In this document: piece after piece, positions 7,317 through 16,273 of the stretch
Position numbering within the stretch: the stretch's first letter is position 1
Layout: every line of letters begins with the position of its first letter
From: Candidatus Eiseniibacteriota bacterium
GTDB lineage: Bacteria > Eisenbacteria > RBG-16-71-46
Direction of reading: 5' to 3'
Length of the DNA stretch: 28,528 nt
Assembly (NCBI GenBank): GCA_041483195.1
Contig: JBGPFC010000044.1
Coordinates: 1-28,528 of the forward strand
The notes under the pieces: model-generated
Database searches by the model: none
What the model saw: only the letters and a program-made list of their open reading frames with translations
What the model was told of the DNA's origin: nothing
Program-made: the position numbers and the translations under genes

Positions 7317-10175
7317 TCACCTCAACACGACGGACTTGGCCGAAAGCGCTCGGCCCGCCTGCGTGAGACGGATGACGTAGACCCCGCCCTGGAGCGCGCG
7401 CCCGGCGGCGAGATTGACTTCGTGCCAGCCCGGGCCCAGTCGCCCGCATTCTCTGGAGGCGATCCTTCGACCGGCGACGTCGAACAGCTCGAGCGTCGCA
7501 GCATCGTCGGTCGGCAGCTCGACCGAGACGACGATCGCATCGCCGCTCGAAGGATTGGTCTGCGGCCGCGCCGATAGCACGAGCTGCGCCACGTGCACCC
7601 GGGCCCCCACGATGACGTCGGCTCCGTCGATGCTCGCGCGCAGGCGGTACTCGTAGTCGCCCGGGGACACGCTGCTCTCTTCGTACACCCACCTCCCGCT
7701 CGCGTCCGATACGACCCTGCCGACCTGCTGCCACGGGACATCAAGCGCCCTTCGATCCACTTCGGCCTCCGCCCCCGACCCGCGCGGTCCGGCCCAGGTC
7801 AGTTGCACCCGGCCGCCGCGAACCTCGGTCCCGACCAGTGAGATGTTGGTGGCCGTGATCGTCCCGCTCCGCACGAGCGTCGAGCAGGTGTCCTGGTATC
7901 CGGGAATGAACGGGTCGCGAGCGGTGAAGCGGACCACGGTCGAATGTCCGTCGGAGCCCGCGGGCGGGTGGAGCGTCGCCGACACGTTCAGCGTTCCCCC
8001 GTTCGCGGCGAGCGTCTGCGATCCCGACATCGCGGGGGCGGCGCCGGTGATCCAGCCCGCGTCATCCGAGAGCGTCCACTCCAGCGGCGTATCGAAGTTG
8101 CACCCGTTCGCCAGGGAGAAGTCGATCGCCGTGTTCTGATCCGCGGGGATCGTGCGCGCTCCGGGGCACACGACGGTCGTGCTCAACACCGAGGCGTCCA
8201 CGAACACGTCGGGATCGCCCAGTCGAGAATCCGTGAAGGCGGAGTAGAGATGGTCGCCATCGATCGCCAGCTCGGCGAAGTCTCCCTGGTTGTTGCTATT
8301 GCACGAGGCGAGCGCCCCCCACAGAGATGACGCATCCGAGAGCCTGCGATTCGCGCCCCATGTCGTCCCGCCATCGCCGGACGAAGCCAGGTACTGGTCG
8401 GAGGTCGCGCCGCACGACGGATCGCCGCGGTAATCCATCCAGAAGCAGTGCACGCGCCCGCGGCCGTCGACCGCGATCGACTCGAGGTGTCCGTCGAACC
8501 CTACCGCGCTGTCGTTGATGCGCACCGGCGCGCTCCAGGTCAACCCGTCATCCGAGTGCGCCACGAACTGGTCTCGGATGTCGCGGGCGAGGTCGCCCGG
8601 GGCCGGCGGGTCGAGGCCCGTGACGAACGTGTAGGTGCCGACGTTCGCGAATGGAGACTGGATCTGAAGATAGTAGCGGCCGTCGTACGGCAGCCCGGCG
8701 ACGAAGCCGTACGGATAGGTGGCGAGGACGTGGTAGTTGGCCAGCGTCGAGGTATCGGAAGGACAGATGAGACGCACGCGCAACGTGAGAGTCTCGGGGT
8801 TGAGCGAATCGGCGAAGATCGAGATCACCTGGCCGTGCTTGCCGGTGAACGTGAACATGTCGTTCTCGACCCCGGGAACTGAGCCGCGAAGCTTCACGCC
8901 GGGCGTGAAGGGCGTCGGCGATGCGAAGAAGTTGTTGTTCTCCCGCTCGACCACGACCGTGGATGAGTCGAAGACCGTGTCGAACACGTCGGGCATCTCG
9001 TTCCAGGTCAGATAGAGGCGCCCGCGATGCGGGCCGTGGCTCATGTCGACCGCCATGGACATCAGCGGCTCGAAGAATCCCCGCTGGTCTCCCGGCGGAA
9101 TGGCCTCCACGTTGAAGCTGAACGTGTGCGCCACCGCGACCGGGCCGAACGTGGCGCCGAAGTCGTCAGAGCGCACGACCTCGAACGCGCTCGAAGTCGG
9201 GGTGGTCCCGTCGGTCGTGGCGCCCCAGCCGACGTACACCCTGCCGTCGGGGCCGGCGACCCCGTAACTGCCCTGCACGTCGAACTGAGGAATGGCGTTC
9301 GATCGAAGCACCTGACGCGAGCCGAGTGGGGCGAGGTTCGCGTCCAGCCGCTGGAGCTCGATGCCCTCTGAATCCGTCGCGAAGTTGAAGTTCGTCCACG
9401 TGACGTAGACATCTCCGGAGAGCGAATCGACCGCCACCCACGGCTTGTCGTGGAGTTCGTCCGGGGTGGAGAGCGAGACGACGGTGCGAACGTCGATCGA
9501 GAAGGTGTCCGCCACGAAGTGCCCGCGCAGTGCCACGACGCCGCCGAAGGTGCCGCTCGAGCCCGACTTCATCAGCCCCGTGATATAGAACGCGCCGCTC
9601 TTGCGATTGACCGCCACCGAGGGATCACCGGCGAAGAGGTATTGCGAGGAGGGACCGTACAGCAGTCCCCCCTCGCGGAACGTGGCGCCGAAATCCACGG
9701 AGTATCCGAAGCTTTGCCCCGGATTGGTCCCGCTCATGCAGCGTCCGCGCGGCTCGTTCCAGCTGACCAGCACGTAGCGGCCCCAGGCGTCGACGGATTC
9801 CTCCGCCTGGTTGAGCGGCCGGCCCGAACAGGTGCAGATGCTCAGGCTCCGATTGTTGACGATGGCGTCGGGCCCCAGCGCCGGCGGCGCGCTCAGGCCG
9901 ATGATCGAGGATTCGGTGGAGACGCGTTCGGCGGGCGCCGCCTCCCGCAACGCATCGAGCGCCTCGAGGCGCTCGATGTGCGCGCGTACGCTGGGAATGT
10001 GGTGATAGGCCCCGGCGTCCCACAGATCGAGCAACAGGCCTTCGCCGGCGGATGAGAGCGGAACGAACGCGTCTGGGGGTCGCGCGCGGGGACCGAATCG
10101 CGCGGAGGCCGCAGCCGGAAGGAGGGCCAGCCACGCGAGGATGAGCACGGCCGGGGCAAGCGCTCGACGTGGCAT
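7317..10175 (-). CDS. Secreted sialidase-like (BNR/Asp-box) propeller protein with PPC-like insert, Ig-like domains and T9SS-CTD-like C-terminus
   Basis: Asp boxes YSVDFGATF, RSDDFGATF, HSDDGLTW and SSGDGGTTW. Signal peptide MPRRALAPAVLILAWLALLPAAASA. GGAG precedes ATG 10175. C-terminus LFDVAGRRI...KSVVLR. Confidence 0.85.
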   Translation of the reverse strand: MPRRALAPAVLILAWLALLPAAASARFGPRARPPDAFVPLSSAGEGLLLDLWDAGAYHHIPSVRAHIERLEALDALREAAPAERVSTESSIIGLSAPPALGPDAIVNNRSLSICTCSGRPLNQAEESVDAWGRYVLVSWNEPRGRCMSGTNPGQSFGYSVDFGATFREGGLLYGPSSQYLFAGDPSVAVNRKSGAFYITGLMKSGSSGTFGGVVALRGHFVADTFSIDVRTVVSLSTPDELHDKPWVAVDSLSGDVYVTWTNFNFATDSEGIELQRLDANLAPLGSRQVLRSNAIPQFDVQGSYGVAGPDGRVYVGWGATTDGTTPTSSAFEVVRSDDFGATFGPVAVAHTFSFNVEAIPPGDQRGFFEPLMSMAVDMSHGPHRGRLYLTWNEMPDVFDTVFDSSTVVVERENNNFFASPTPFTPGVKLRGSVPGVENDMFTFTGKHGQVISIFADSLNPETLTLRVRLICPSDTSTLANYHVLATYPYGFVAGLPYDGRYYLQIQSPFANVGTYTFVTGLDPPAPGDLARDIRDQFVAHSDDGLTWSAPVRINDSAVGFDGHLESIAVDGRGRVHCFWMDYRGDPSCGATSDQYLASSGDGGTTWGANRRLSDASSLWGALASCNSNNQGDFAELAIDGDHLYSAFTDSRLGDPDVFVDASVLSTTVVCPGARTIPADQNTAIDFSLANGCNFDTPLEWTLSDDAGWITGAAPAMSGSQTLAANGGTLNVSATLHPPAGSDGHSTVVRFTARDPFIPGYQDTCSTLVRSGTITATNISLVGTEVRGGRVQLTWAGPRGSGAEAEVDRRALDVPWQQVGRVVSDASGRWVYEESSVSPGDYEYRLRASIDGADVIVGARVHVAQLVLSARPQTNPSSGDAIVVSVELPTDDAATLELFDVAGRRIASRECGRLGPGWHEVNLAAGRALQGGVYVIRLTQAGRALSAKSVVLR

Positions 10176-10271
10176 CGCGGTCTCCAAATGTGCTACCGGC
10201 GGGGGTGTGCCACGATTTTATCACGAGCGCCGTGCGTGCGGCCACGCCCCGGCGGCCACGCCGCCCGTCGC

Positions 10272-10730
10272 CTACGGCAGCCACCTCGCGAGCAGCCACC
10301 TGCCGAGGTGCAGGGTGCCCAGCGCGGTCGCGCCCGCGATCACGTCGTCGATCACCACGCCGATGCCGCCCGGCAGCTTCTGCGCCTCGCGCGCGCCGAG
10401 CGGCTTCCACACGTCGTAGATGCGGAACAGCACGAACGCCACGCCGAAGTAGATCCATTGATGCGGCACCGCGATCAGCGCGAGGCTCTGGCCCACCACC
10501 TCGTCGGCCACGATCGGATGCGCATCGTGACCGAGTTCCTTCTCGGCCTCGCCGCAGATCCAGATCGCTGCGGCGGTGCCGGCGACGAACAGCGCGACGG
10601 TCACAGGCCAGGCTGGCACCGGCAGGAACCATCCGATGAGCGCCACGACCAGGCTCGCGACGGTGGCGGGGACGATCGGCGAGAAGCCGATGCCGCCCAG
10701 CGTCGCGAGCGCGCGGACCAGCGCCTTCAT
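10272..10730 (-). CDS. pgpA: Phosphatidylglycerophosphatase A
   Basis: HDAHPIVADEVVGQ, FVLFRIYDVWKP and GGIGVVIDDVIAG. ATGA overlap with the mglA stop. Confidence 0.9.
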   Translation of the reverse strand: MKALVRALATLGGIGFSPIVPATVASLVVALIGWFLPVPAWPVTVALFVAGTAAAIWICGEAEKELGHDAHPIVADEVVGQSLALIAVPHQWIYFGVAFVLFRIYDVWKPLGAREAQKLPGGIGVVIDDVIAGATALGTLHLGRWLLARWLP

Positions 10731-11350
10731 GCGCTCGCCGCTTGCGCTGGGACCGGCTGGGGGCCGGCGAGCCGCGCGAGCACCGCCTTGCATGCCGCGC
10801 GCAGCGTCTCGGTCACGCCGCGGCCCTCGCACGCGACGGCCTCGAATTCCGGAGCGCCCTCCGGATTGAGCGCGGCGCGCAACCGCTCGATCGGAACCGC
10901 GGACGCGAGATCGCGCTTGTTGTACTGGAACAATCGTGGCACGCGCCGTACCTGATCCGCATTCAGTCCGTTCGCGGTCAGGTGCTGTTCGAGATCGACG
11001 AGCGAATCGCGGTTCGCCCCTTCACGCGCGGGATGCGAGTCGGCAACGAACACCAGGCCGTCCACGCCCTGCAGCACCACGCGGCGCGAGAGCCGGTAGT
11101 AGACCTGCCCCGGCACGGTATAGAGATGGAAGCGCGTGGTGAAGCCGTTCACCTGCCCGAGGTCGATCGGCAGGAAGTCGAAGAACAGGGTGCGCTCGTG
11201 GTCGGTGGCGATGGAGATGAGGCGGCCGCGCCGCTCGGGCGGGAGCCGGTCGTGGAGCTGCTGGAGATTGGTGGTCTTCCCGCACAGACCGGGGCCGTAG
11301 TACACGATCTTGAAATGAATCTCGCGCGCCCGATGATTGATGAGCGCCAT
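10727..11350 (-). CDS. mglA: MglA-family small Ras-like GTPase
   Basis: KIVYYGPGLCGKTTNL, ERTLFFDFLP, FHLYTVPGQ, GVDGLVFVADS and NKRDL. Confidence 0.95.
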   Translation of the reverse strand: MALINHRAREIHFKIVYYGPGLCGKTTNLQQLHDRLPPERRGRLISIATDHERTLFFDFLPIDLGQVNGFTTRFHLYTVPGQVYYRLSRRVVLQGVDGLVFVADSHPAREGANRDSLVDLEQHLTANGLNADQVRRVPRLFQYNKRDLASAVPIERLRAALNPEGAPEFEAVACEGRGVTETLRAACKAVLARLAGPQPVPAQAASA

Positions 11351-11396
11351 CTCGCCCCCGTGGCGGCCGCGCGATCCGCCGCGGCGGGCCCGCGCT

Positions 11397-11882
11397 TCAG
11401 TCGCCGAACAGCGCGTCCACCTCGCGTCCGGCGGCGTCCGCGAACTCGGGCGAGGTCTCGGCGGTCTCGCCGATGCCGATCTTCTCGAACAACCCGCGGA
11501 ACACCTCGTCGAGCTGCCCGCCGGCACGCCGCGCGCGGAAGCGCACCAGGCCGAGCGTGCTGCGCTTGTCGAACACGGTGCACATGATGACGCGATCCGC
11601 CAGCAGGCACGAGTGCACCGATCGGGTCTTGCCCTCGCTCACCACGGCTTCCACGCCACGCTCGCCCAGCAATTGCGACAGCTCCGCATTCGCCGTGAAA
11701 TCCGCGGCGACCAGGCTGGCGAATGCCGTTGCGTCGAAGTCGCCCGTGCGCCCGGCCGTGGTGATCAGCTGGCCGGAGCGATCGACGAGGTGCACCGAGA
11801 GCGCGTTGGTGCGCTCCAGCAACTCGCTCAGGACGAGGTCGATGGCCCGAAAGTCATTTTCGAACAGAGTCCATTGAGGCAT
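11397..11882 (-). CDS. mglB: MglB roadblock/LC7 GTPase-activating protein
   Basis: LVDRSGQLI, FASLVAADFTANAELSQLLGE and FDKRSTLGLVRFR, with an acidic C-terminal helix. Directly upstream of mglA. Confidence 0.92.
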   Translation of the reverse strand: MPQWTLFENDFRAIDLVLSELLERTNALSVHLVDRSGQLITTAGRTGDFDATAFASLVAADFTANAELSQLLGERGVEAVVSEGKTRSVHSCLLADRVIMCTVFDKRSTLGLVRFRARRAGGQLDEVFRGLFEKIGIGETAETSPEFADAAGREVDALFGD

Positions 11883-11959
11883 GGCACCCCCCCCGCGCTC
11901 CGGCGGTGTGTGGGTTGGCCGAGGAGACTCCGTGGCACGTCCTTGTGAAGCCGCGGCAA

Positions 11960-12001
11960 TGGGTATCACGCGCGGGGCGTCGGGGCAAGGAAAGTTTTTT
12001 A
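11960..12001 (-). promoter_or_regulatory. Putative mglBA promoter: A-tract, then TTGCCC-N17-TACCCA with extended -10 TG
   Basis: A rare A-rich tract precedes sigma70-like boxes about 80 nt upstream of mglB. Confidence 0.45.
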
Positions 12002-12032
12002 TGGCAGCAAGTTGGAGGCGCCGGAGGGGGTC

Positions 12033-12074
12033 CGAAATGGTCGCGGCGGCCGCCGGAGCGGCCGCCGCATTTCG
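12033..12074 (-). terminator. Strong GC hairpin between the CBS gene and mglB
   Basis: 11-bp perfect stem GCGGCGGCCGC with a C(UCCG)G loop, extended by CGAAAT/ATTTCG. There is no U-tract. Confidence 0.45.
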
Positions 12075-12126
12075 CTGCGCCACGTGCACGAGCGAGGTGA
12101 AGCGCGCCCGAGCGCATCGTGGGGAC

Positions 12127-13251
12127 TTACCCCGCGGCGGGCCGGCGGGTTCCCGGCGGGGCGGGTGGGGCCTCCGCCCCCGTGCGCACGGCCGAACGCA
12201 CGTCGTGCTCGTCCTCGATCTCCCCCACGATCTCCTCGAGGATGTCCTCGAGGGTCACGATCCCCAGGAACCGGCCGGCCGCGTCCCGCACCGCCGCCAT
12301 CTGGCGGCGTTCGCGGCGGAACGTCTGGAGCAGCCACGCGACGCGCTGATCGGGGTGAACGAACAGGGCGGGGTAGGTCGCGTCCACCAGCAGCACCAGC
12401 CCCTTCAGGCTGAAGAGGTGGAACAGGTCCTTGGTGTTCACGATCCCGACGATGTTGTCGGGGTCGCCCTCCCACACCGGGAGGCGGGTGTGCGCCGTCT
12501 CCCGCGCGGTCGCGAGCACCTCCTCCTCGGAGGCCGCGATCGAGAGCGTCACCACCTTCTCGCGCGGGATCATCACCTCGCGCACGTGCTTGTCCGAGAT
12601 CAGGAGCACGTTCCGCACGTAGCGCGCCTGGTCCTCGGGGATGACGCCGGCGTCCTTGGTTTCGTCCACCAGCATTCGCAGCTCCTCGACCGAGTGCACC
12701 TGGCGCTCGGGCAACAGCGGCGGCAACCGCAGCGCGCGCACCACGGTGTTGCTCGAATTGCGGATCACGCCGATGAACGGGCCGCACAGCCGCCCGAACG
12801 CGAGCAGCGGCGCCGCGACCAGCAGCGCCACGTCCTCCGCGCGATCGATCGCGATCACCTTGGGCACCTGCTCTCCGAGCACTACGTGGAAATAGGTGAT
12901 GAGCAGGAAGCCGACCCCCACCGCGACGCCGTGCGTCACGACCACCGCCCAGTGCCCGGGCAGGGATTGAAACAGCGGCTCGAGCAGGCGCGCGATGACG
13001 GGCTCGCCCAGCCAGCCGAGCGCGAGGCTCGCGAACGTGATGCCGACCTGCGCCGCGGCCAGCGAGTCGTCGATCTTCTCGGCCGCCACCCGCAGCGGCC
13101 GCGAGCCGAAGCGGCCCTCGCGCACCAGCTCCTCAACGCGCGTCCAGCGCACCGTGACCAGCGCGAACTCGGCCGCGACGAAGAACGCGTTGAGCGCGAC
13201 GAACAGCGGGACGGTGATCAGCCGGAACAGATCGAGAGCGGTGTCGCTCAT
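12127..13251 (-). CDS. CNNM/DUF21 + CBS-pair membrane protein (TlyC/CorB-like, hemolysin family)
   Basis: LNAFFVAAEFALV, QVGITFASLALGWLGEP, GEQVPK, HTRLPV and GIVTLEDILEEIVGEIEDEHD. Confidence 0.92.
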   Translation of the reverse strand: MSDTALDLFRLITVPLFVALNAFFVAAEFALVTVRWTRVEELVREGRFGSRPLRVAAEKIDDSLAAAQVGITFASLALGWLGEPVIARLLEPLFQSLPGHWAVVVTHGVAVGVGFLLITYFHVVLGEQVPKVIAIDRAEDVALLVAAPLLAFGRLCGPFIGVIRNSSNTVVRALRLPPLLPERQVHSVEELRMLVDETKDAGVIPEDQARYVRNVLLISDKHVREVMIPREKVVTLSIAASEEEVLATARETAHTRLPVWEGDPDNIVGIVNTKDLFHLFSLKGLVLLVDATYPALFVHPDQRVAWLLQTFRRERRQMAAVRDAAGRFLGIVTLEDILEEIVGEIEDEHDVRSAVRTGAEAPPAPPGTRRPAAG

Positions 13252-13278
13252 GGGAATCCGCGGCCGCGCGCGGCGCGG

Positions 13279-13878
13279 CTACTCGACCTCGCGGCGGCCT
13301 TCGAGCGCCCGGGCGAGCGTCACCAGGTCGGAGTACTCGAGATCGGACCCCATCGGCACGCCGCGCGCGATGCGCGTCACCTTGACCCCGAGCGGGCCGA
13401 GCAGCTTCGAGAGGTAGAGCGCGGTCGCCTCGCCCGCCACGTTCGGATTGGTGGCGAGGATGATCTCGCGCACCTCGCCCGAGCGCAGCCGCTCGAGCAG
13501 CGGCTTGATGCGCAACTGCTCGGGATGCGTGCCGTCGAGCGGCGAGAGCGCGCCGCCCAGCACGTGGTAGCGGCCGCGATATTGGCCGGTGCGCTCGAAC
13601 GCGAGCACGTCGCCCGGCTGCTCGACCACGCACACCAGAGCACCGTCGCGCTCGGGATCGCGGCACAGCAGGCAGGGATCTTCTTCCGCGAAATTGCCGC
13701 ACACGCCGCAGAAGGACACGCGCTCCTTCACGGCCCGGATCGCGTCGGCGAGCCGGAGCGCGTCCTCGCGCGACACGCGCAGCAGGTGGAGCGCGAGGCG
13801 CTGCGCGCTCTTCTGCCCGATGCTCGGCAGCCGGGCCAGCTCCTCGATCAGGAGCTCGAGGTATTTCGAGCTGTACAT
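13279..13878 (-). CDS. recR: Recombination mediator RecR
   Basis: LPSIGQKSAQRLA, C4 zinc finger, YHVLGGALSP, EGEATA-like AGEATA and TRIARGVPMG. Confidence 0.97.
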   Translation of the reverse strand: MYSSKYLELLIEELARLPSIGQKSAQRLALHLLRVSREDALRLADAIRAVKERVSFCGVCGNFAEEDPCLLCRDPERDGALVCVVEQPGDVLAFERTGQYRGRYHVLGGALSPLDGTHPEQLRIKPLLERLRSGEVREIILATNPNVAGEATALYLSKLLGPLGVKVTRIARGVPMGSDLEYSDLVTLARALEGRREVE

Positions 13879-13894
13879 GCGGGGGCGGCGGCCG

Positions 13895-14200
13895 CTAGAA
13901 GGGCAGCTTGAAGCCGCCGGTGAGCTTGCCGATCGTCTCCTGCATCTGCGCCTCGGAGGTGCGCTGCGCCTCGCCCACCGCGGTGATCACCAGGTCCTCG
14001 ATCATGGTGACGTCGTTGTCCTTGAGCAGCTCGGGGCTGATCTTCACCTCTTTCAGCATCTGCTTGCCGTCCACCACGACCTTGACCAGGCCGCCCCCCG
14101 CGCTGGCCTCGAAGCGCTCCTCGGCGAGCTTCTCCTGAAGATCCGCCATCTGGCGCTGCATCTTCTGCGCCTGCTTCACCATGTCTCCGAAGCTCTTCAT
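13895..14200 (-). CDS. ybaB: YbaB/EbfC nucleoid-associated protein
   Basis: MVKQAQKMQ, ASAGGGLVKV and MIEDLVITAV. Lies between dnaX and recR with an ATGA overlap. Confidence 0.95.
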   Translation of the reverse strand: MKSFGDMVKQAQKMQRQMADLQEKLAEERFEASAGGGLVKVVVDGKQMLKEVKISPELLKDNDVTMIEDLVITAVGEAQRTSEAQMQETIGKLTGGFKLPF

Positions 14201-15975
14201 CCGTTCGCTCTCTCGGTTCGGGTTGGCTTGCGCTCGACCACGTCGCCTTCGAACCACGCGATCGCGCGATCGACCAGCGGCCGCACGTCCTCGATGGATG
14301 CGGCGCGGGGCGCGATTCCCCCGCCGTCGCCGCTCACGCAGCGCACCTCGAGGGTGCGCCCGAAGGCGCGGGAGATCTCGGCCGCGATCAGCGCGCGATT
14401 CTCGCTCTCCTCGACCACCGCGCGATGGAGATCGTCCATCGCGACGAGCAACCGCGCGCCGTCGATGCCGACGAACCGGCTCTCCTCGAGGAACGCGCCC
14501 AGCATGCGCTTCTTCGCGTTGATGCCGGCCAGCGCATCGCGCCAGCAGGCGGCGGTGCTCTCGTCGATCGCGGCGGCCGGCTCGGCGAGGCCGGTGGCGC
14601 CGCCCGGCGCCCGCGCGGCCGCGGTGGCCGCGGCGGGCGCGGCGCTCGCGACCGGCGGGCGCTGCGCACCCGGCGCCGGCGCGGTCGGCAGGCGCGGCGC
14701 GCCGGACTCCGCGCGTGGCGGGGTGATGGGCCCGGAGGGACGCGGCGCGGTCGATGCCGCGCGCCCCGCGGAGGCGGGCGATGGAACGGCGCCGGCCAGC
14801 CGCTGCTCGAGCGCTTCGAGCCGCGCGAGCAGCTGCGCGAGCGTCTCGCCCGGCTCGAGCGTCGCCATCTGCATGACGGCGGCCTCGAGATGGATGAGCG
14901 GCTGCGGGCTGTCGCGCATCGGCCACGGCGCTTCGGATGCGAGCTTCAGCAGTCTCAGCAGATCGCTCTCGCTCCAGCCTTCGCCCTGCGCCTTGAGGCG
15001 CGCGATGTCCTCGTGCCCGAGGGCGACCAGGTCGTCCCCCTTCGGATCCACCTTCAAGATGAGGATGTGACGGACGTGCTCGGCCAGACCCTCCGCGAGG
15101 TCGCGGGCGTCGAGGCCCTTCTCGAACGCCGCGTGCACCGCGCGCAGCGCGGCGGCCGGATCGCGCTTCACGATCGCCTCGGCGATCGCGAAGAACGCCT
15201 CGCGGTCGGCGAGCCCCAGCACGCGCCGCACCAGCTCCTCGTCGATGCCGGCCTCTCCCGCCGACACCACCTGGTCGAGCGCGCTCACCGCGTCGCGCAT
15301 CGAGCCTTCCGACTTGTGCGCGATCAGCAGCGCGGCGTCCTCGGTCAGCGTGAAGCGCGTGCCCTCGCGATCGGCGGCCTCGCGCTTCTGGATGTCGAGC
15401 AGCCGGTCCGCCACCTTGCGCAGCGGCACGCGCGCGAAATCGAACCGCTGGGTGCGCGAGCGAATGGTGTCGGGCAGCTTCTGCGGATCGGTGGTCGCGA
15501 AGATGAACACCAGGTGCGGCGGCGGCTCCTCGAGCGTCTTGAGCAGCGCGGCGAACGCGTCGTTCGAGAGCTGGTGCACCTCGTCGATAATGACGACCCG
15601 GAAGATTCCGCCGGTCGGGGAGAAACGCACCTTCTCGCGCAGTGCCTGCACGTCGGCGATGCCGCGGTTGGAGGCTCCGTCGATCTCGGCGACGTCGAGC
15701 GAGACCCCGGCCGTGATCTCGGTGCAGCTGGTGCAGGCGTTGCAGGGGTCGGGGCCCTTCTGGACCCCCGCGCGGCGGCGCTCGCAGTTGAGCGCCTTGG
15801 CGAGGATGCGCGCGCTGGTGGTCTTGCCCACCCCGCGCGCACCGGTGAAGAGGTACGCGTGGGCGATGCGCGCGCCCTCGAGCGCCCGGCCAAGCACGGA
15901 GCTCACATGGTCCTGGCCGATCAGATCGGCGAAGACCTGCGGCCGGTACTTGAGGGCGAGAGCGCGATGGGCCAT
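14197..15975 (-). CDS. dnaX: DNA polymerase III subunit gamma/tau
   Basis: LKYRPQ, GARGVGKTT, zinc-binding Cys cluster, EIDGASNRG, IIDEVH and LLKTLEEPP, followed by a Pro/Ala linker. Confidence 0.97.
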   Translation of the reverse strand: MAHRALALKYRPQVFADLIGQDHVSSVLGRALEGARIAHAYLFTGARGVGKTTSARILAKALNCERRRAGVQKGPDPCNACTSCTEITAGVSLDVAEIDGASNRGIADVQALREKVRFSPTGGIFRVVIIDEVHQLSNDAFAALLKTLEEPPPHLVFIFATTDPQKLPDTIRSRTQRFDFARVPLRKVADRLLDIQKREAADREGTRFTLTEDAALLIAHKSEGSMRDAVSALDQVVSAGEAGIDEELVRRVLGLADREAFFAIAEAIVKRDPAAALRAVHAAFEKGLDARDLAEGLAEHVRHILILKVDPKGDDLVALGHEDIARLKAQGEGWSESDLLRLLKLASEAPWPMRDSPQPLIHLEAAVMQMATLEPGETLAQLLARLEALEQRLAGAVPSPASAGRAASTAPRPSGPITPPRAESGAPRLPTAPAPGAQRPPVASAAPAAATAAARAPGGATGLAEPAAAIDESTAACWRDALAGINAKKRMLGAFLEESRFVGIDGARLLVAMDDLHRAVVEESENRALIAAEISRAFGRTLEVRCVSGDGGGIAPRAASIEDVRPLVDRAIAWFEGDVVERKPTRTERANG

Positions 15976-16003
15976 AGAGTTCCGGTTCCGCGGCGTGCAA
16001 GAA

Positions 16004-16101
16004 GGGCCAGGCGTACAGCGGCACACCCGAGGGATTGCTTACCGCTGCTACCTTCCGGTCCTGACGGGGTTCACAAGTTCGGGTTGCGCTGGGCCTGGCC
16101 C
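16004..16101 (-). ncRNA. ffs: SRP RNA (small, 4.5S type)
   Basis: Helix-8 signature GTCAGGACCGGAAGGTAGCAGC, complementary ends GGGCCAGGC/GCCTGGCCC, and position upstream of dnaX. Confidence 0.95.
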
Positions 16102-16109
16102 AAGAAAAA

Positions 16110-16185
16110 TGGTGGAGATGAGCGGATTCGAACCGCCGACCCCCTCGTTGCGAACGAGGTGCTCTCCCAGCTGAGCTACATCCCC
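16110..16185 (-). tRNA. tRNA-Ala(CGC)
   Basis: 76-nt cloverleaf, anticodon arm CCTCG-TTCGCAA-CGAGG, G3:U70 pair, encoded CCA. Confidence 0.97.
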
Positions 16186-16245
16186 ACGACGTTAGGGGTC
16201 CGGCCCGCGCGCCTCGGAGGAGGCCGCGCGAGCGACCGGGAGCGC

Positions 16246-16273
16246 ATACTAGCAGGCGACCGGGAGAGGTCAA
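16246..16273 (-). promoter_or_regulatory. Stable-RNA-type promoter TTGACC-N16-TAGTAT with extended -10 TG
   Basis: Near-consensus boxes, 16-bp spacer and GC-rich discriminator, 60 nt upstream of tRNA-Ala. Confidence 0.7.

Noticed and set aside
14197..15975. Programmed dnaX frameshift
   Set aside because: No A-AAA-AAG or long A-run slippery site seen.
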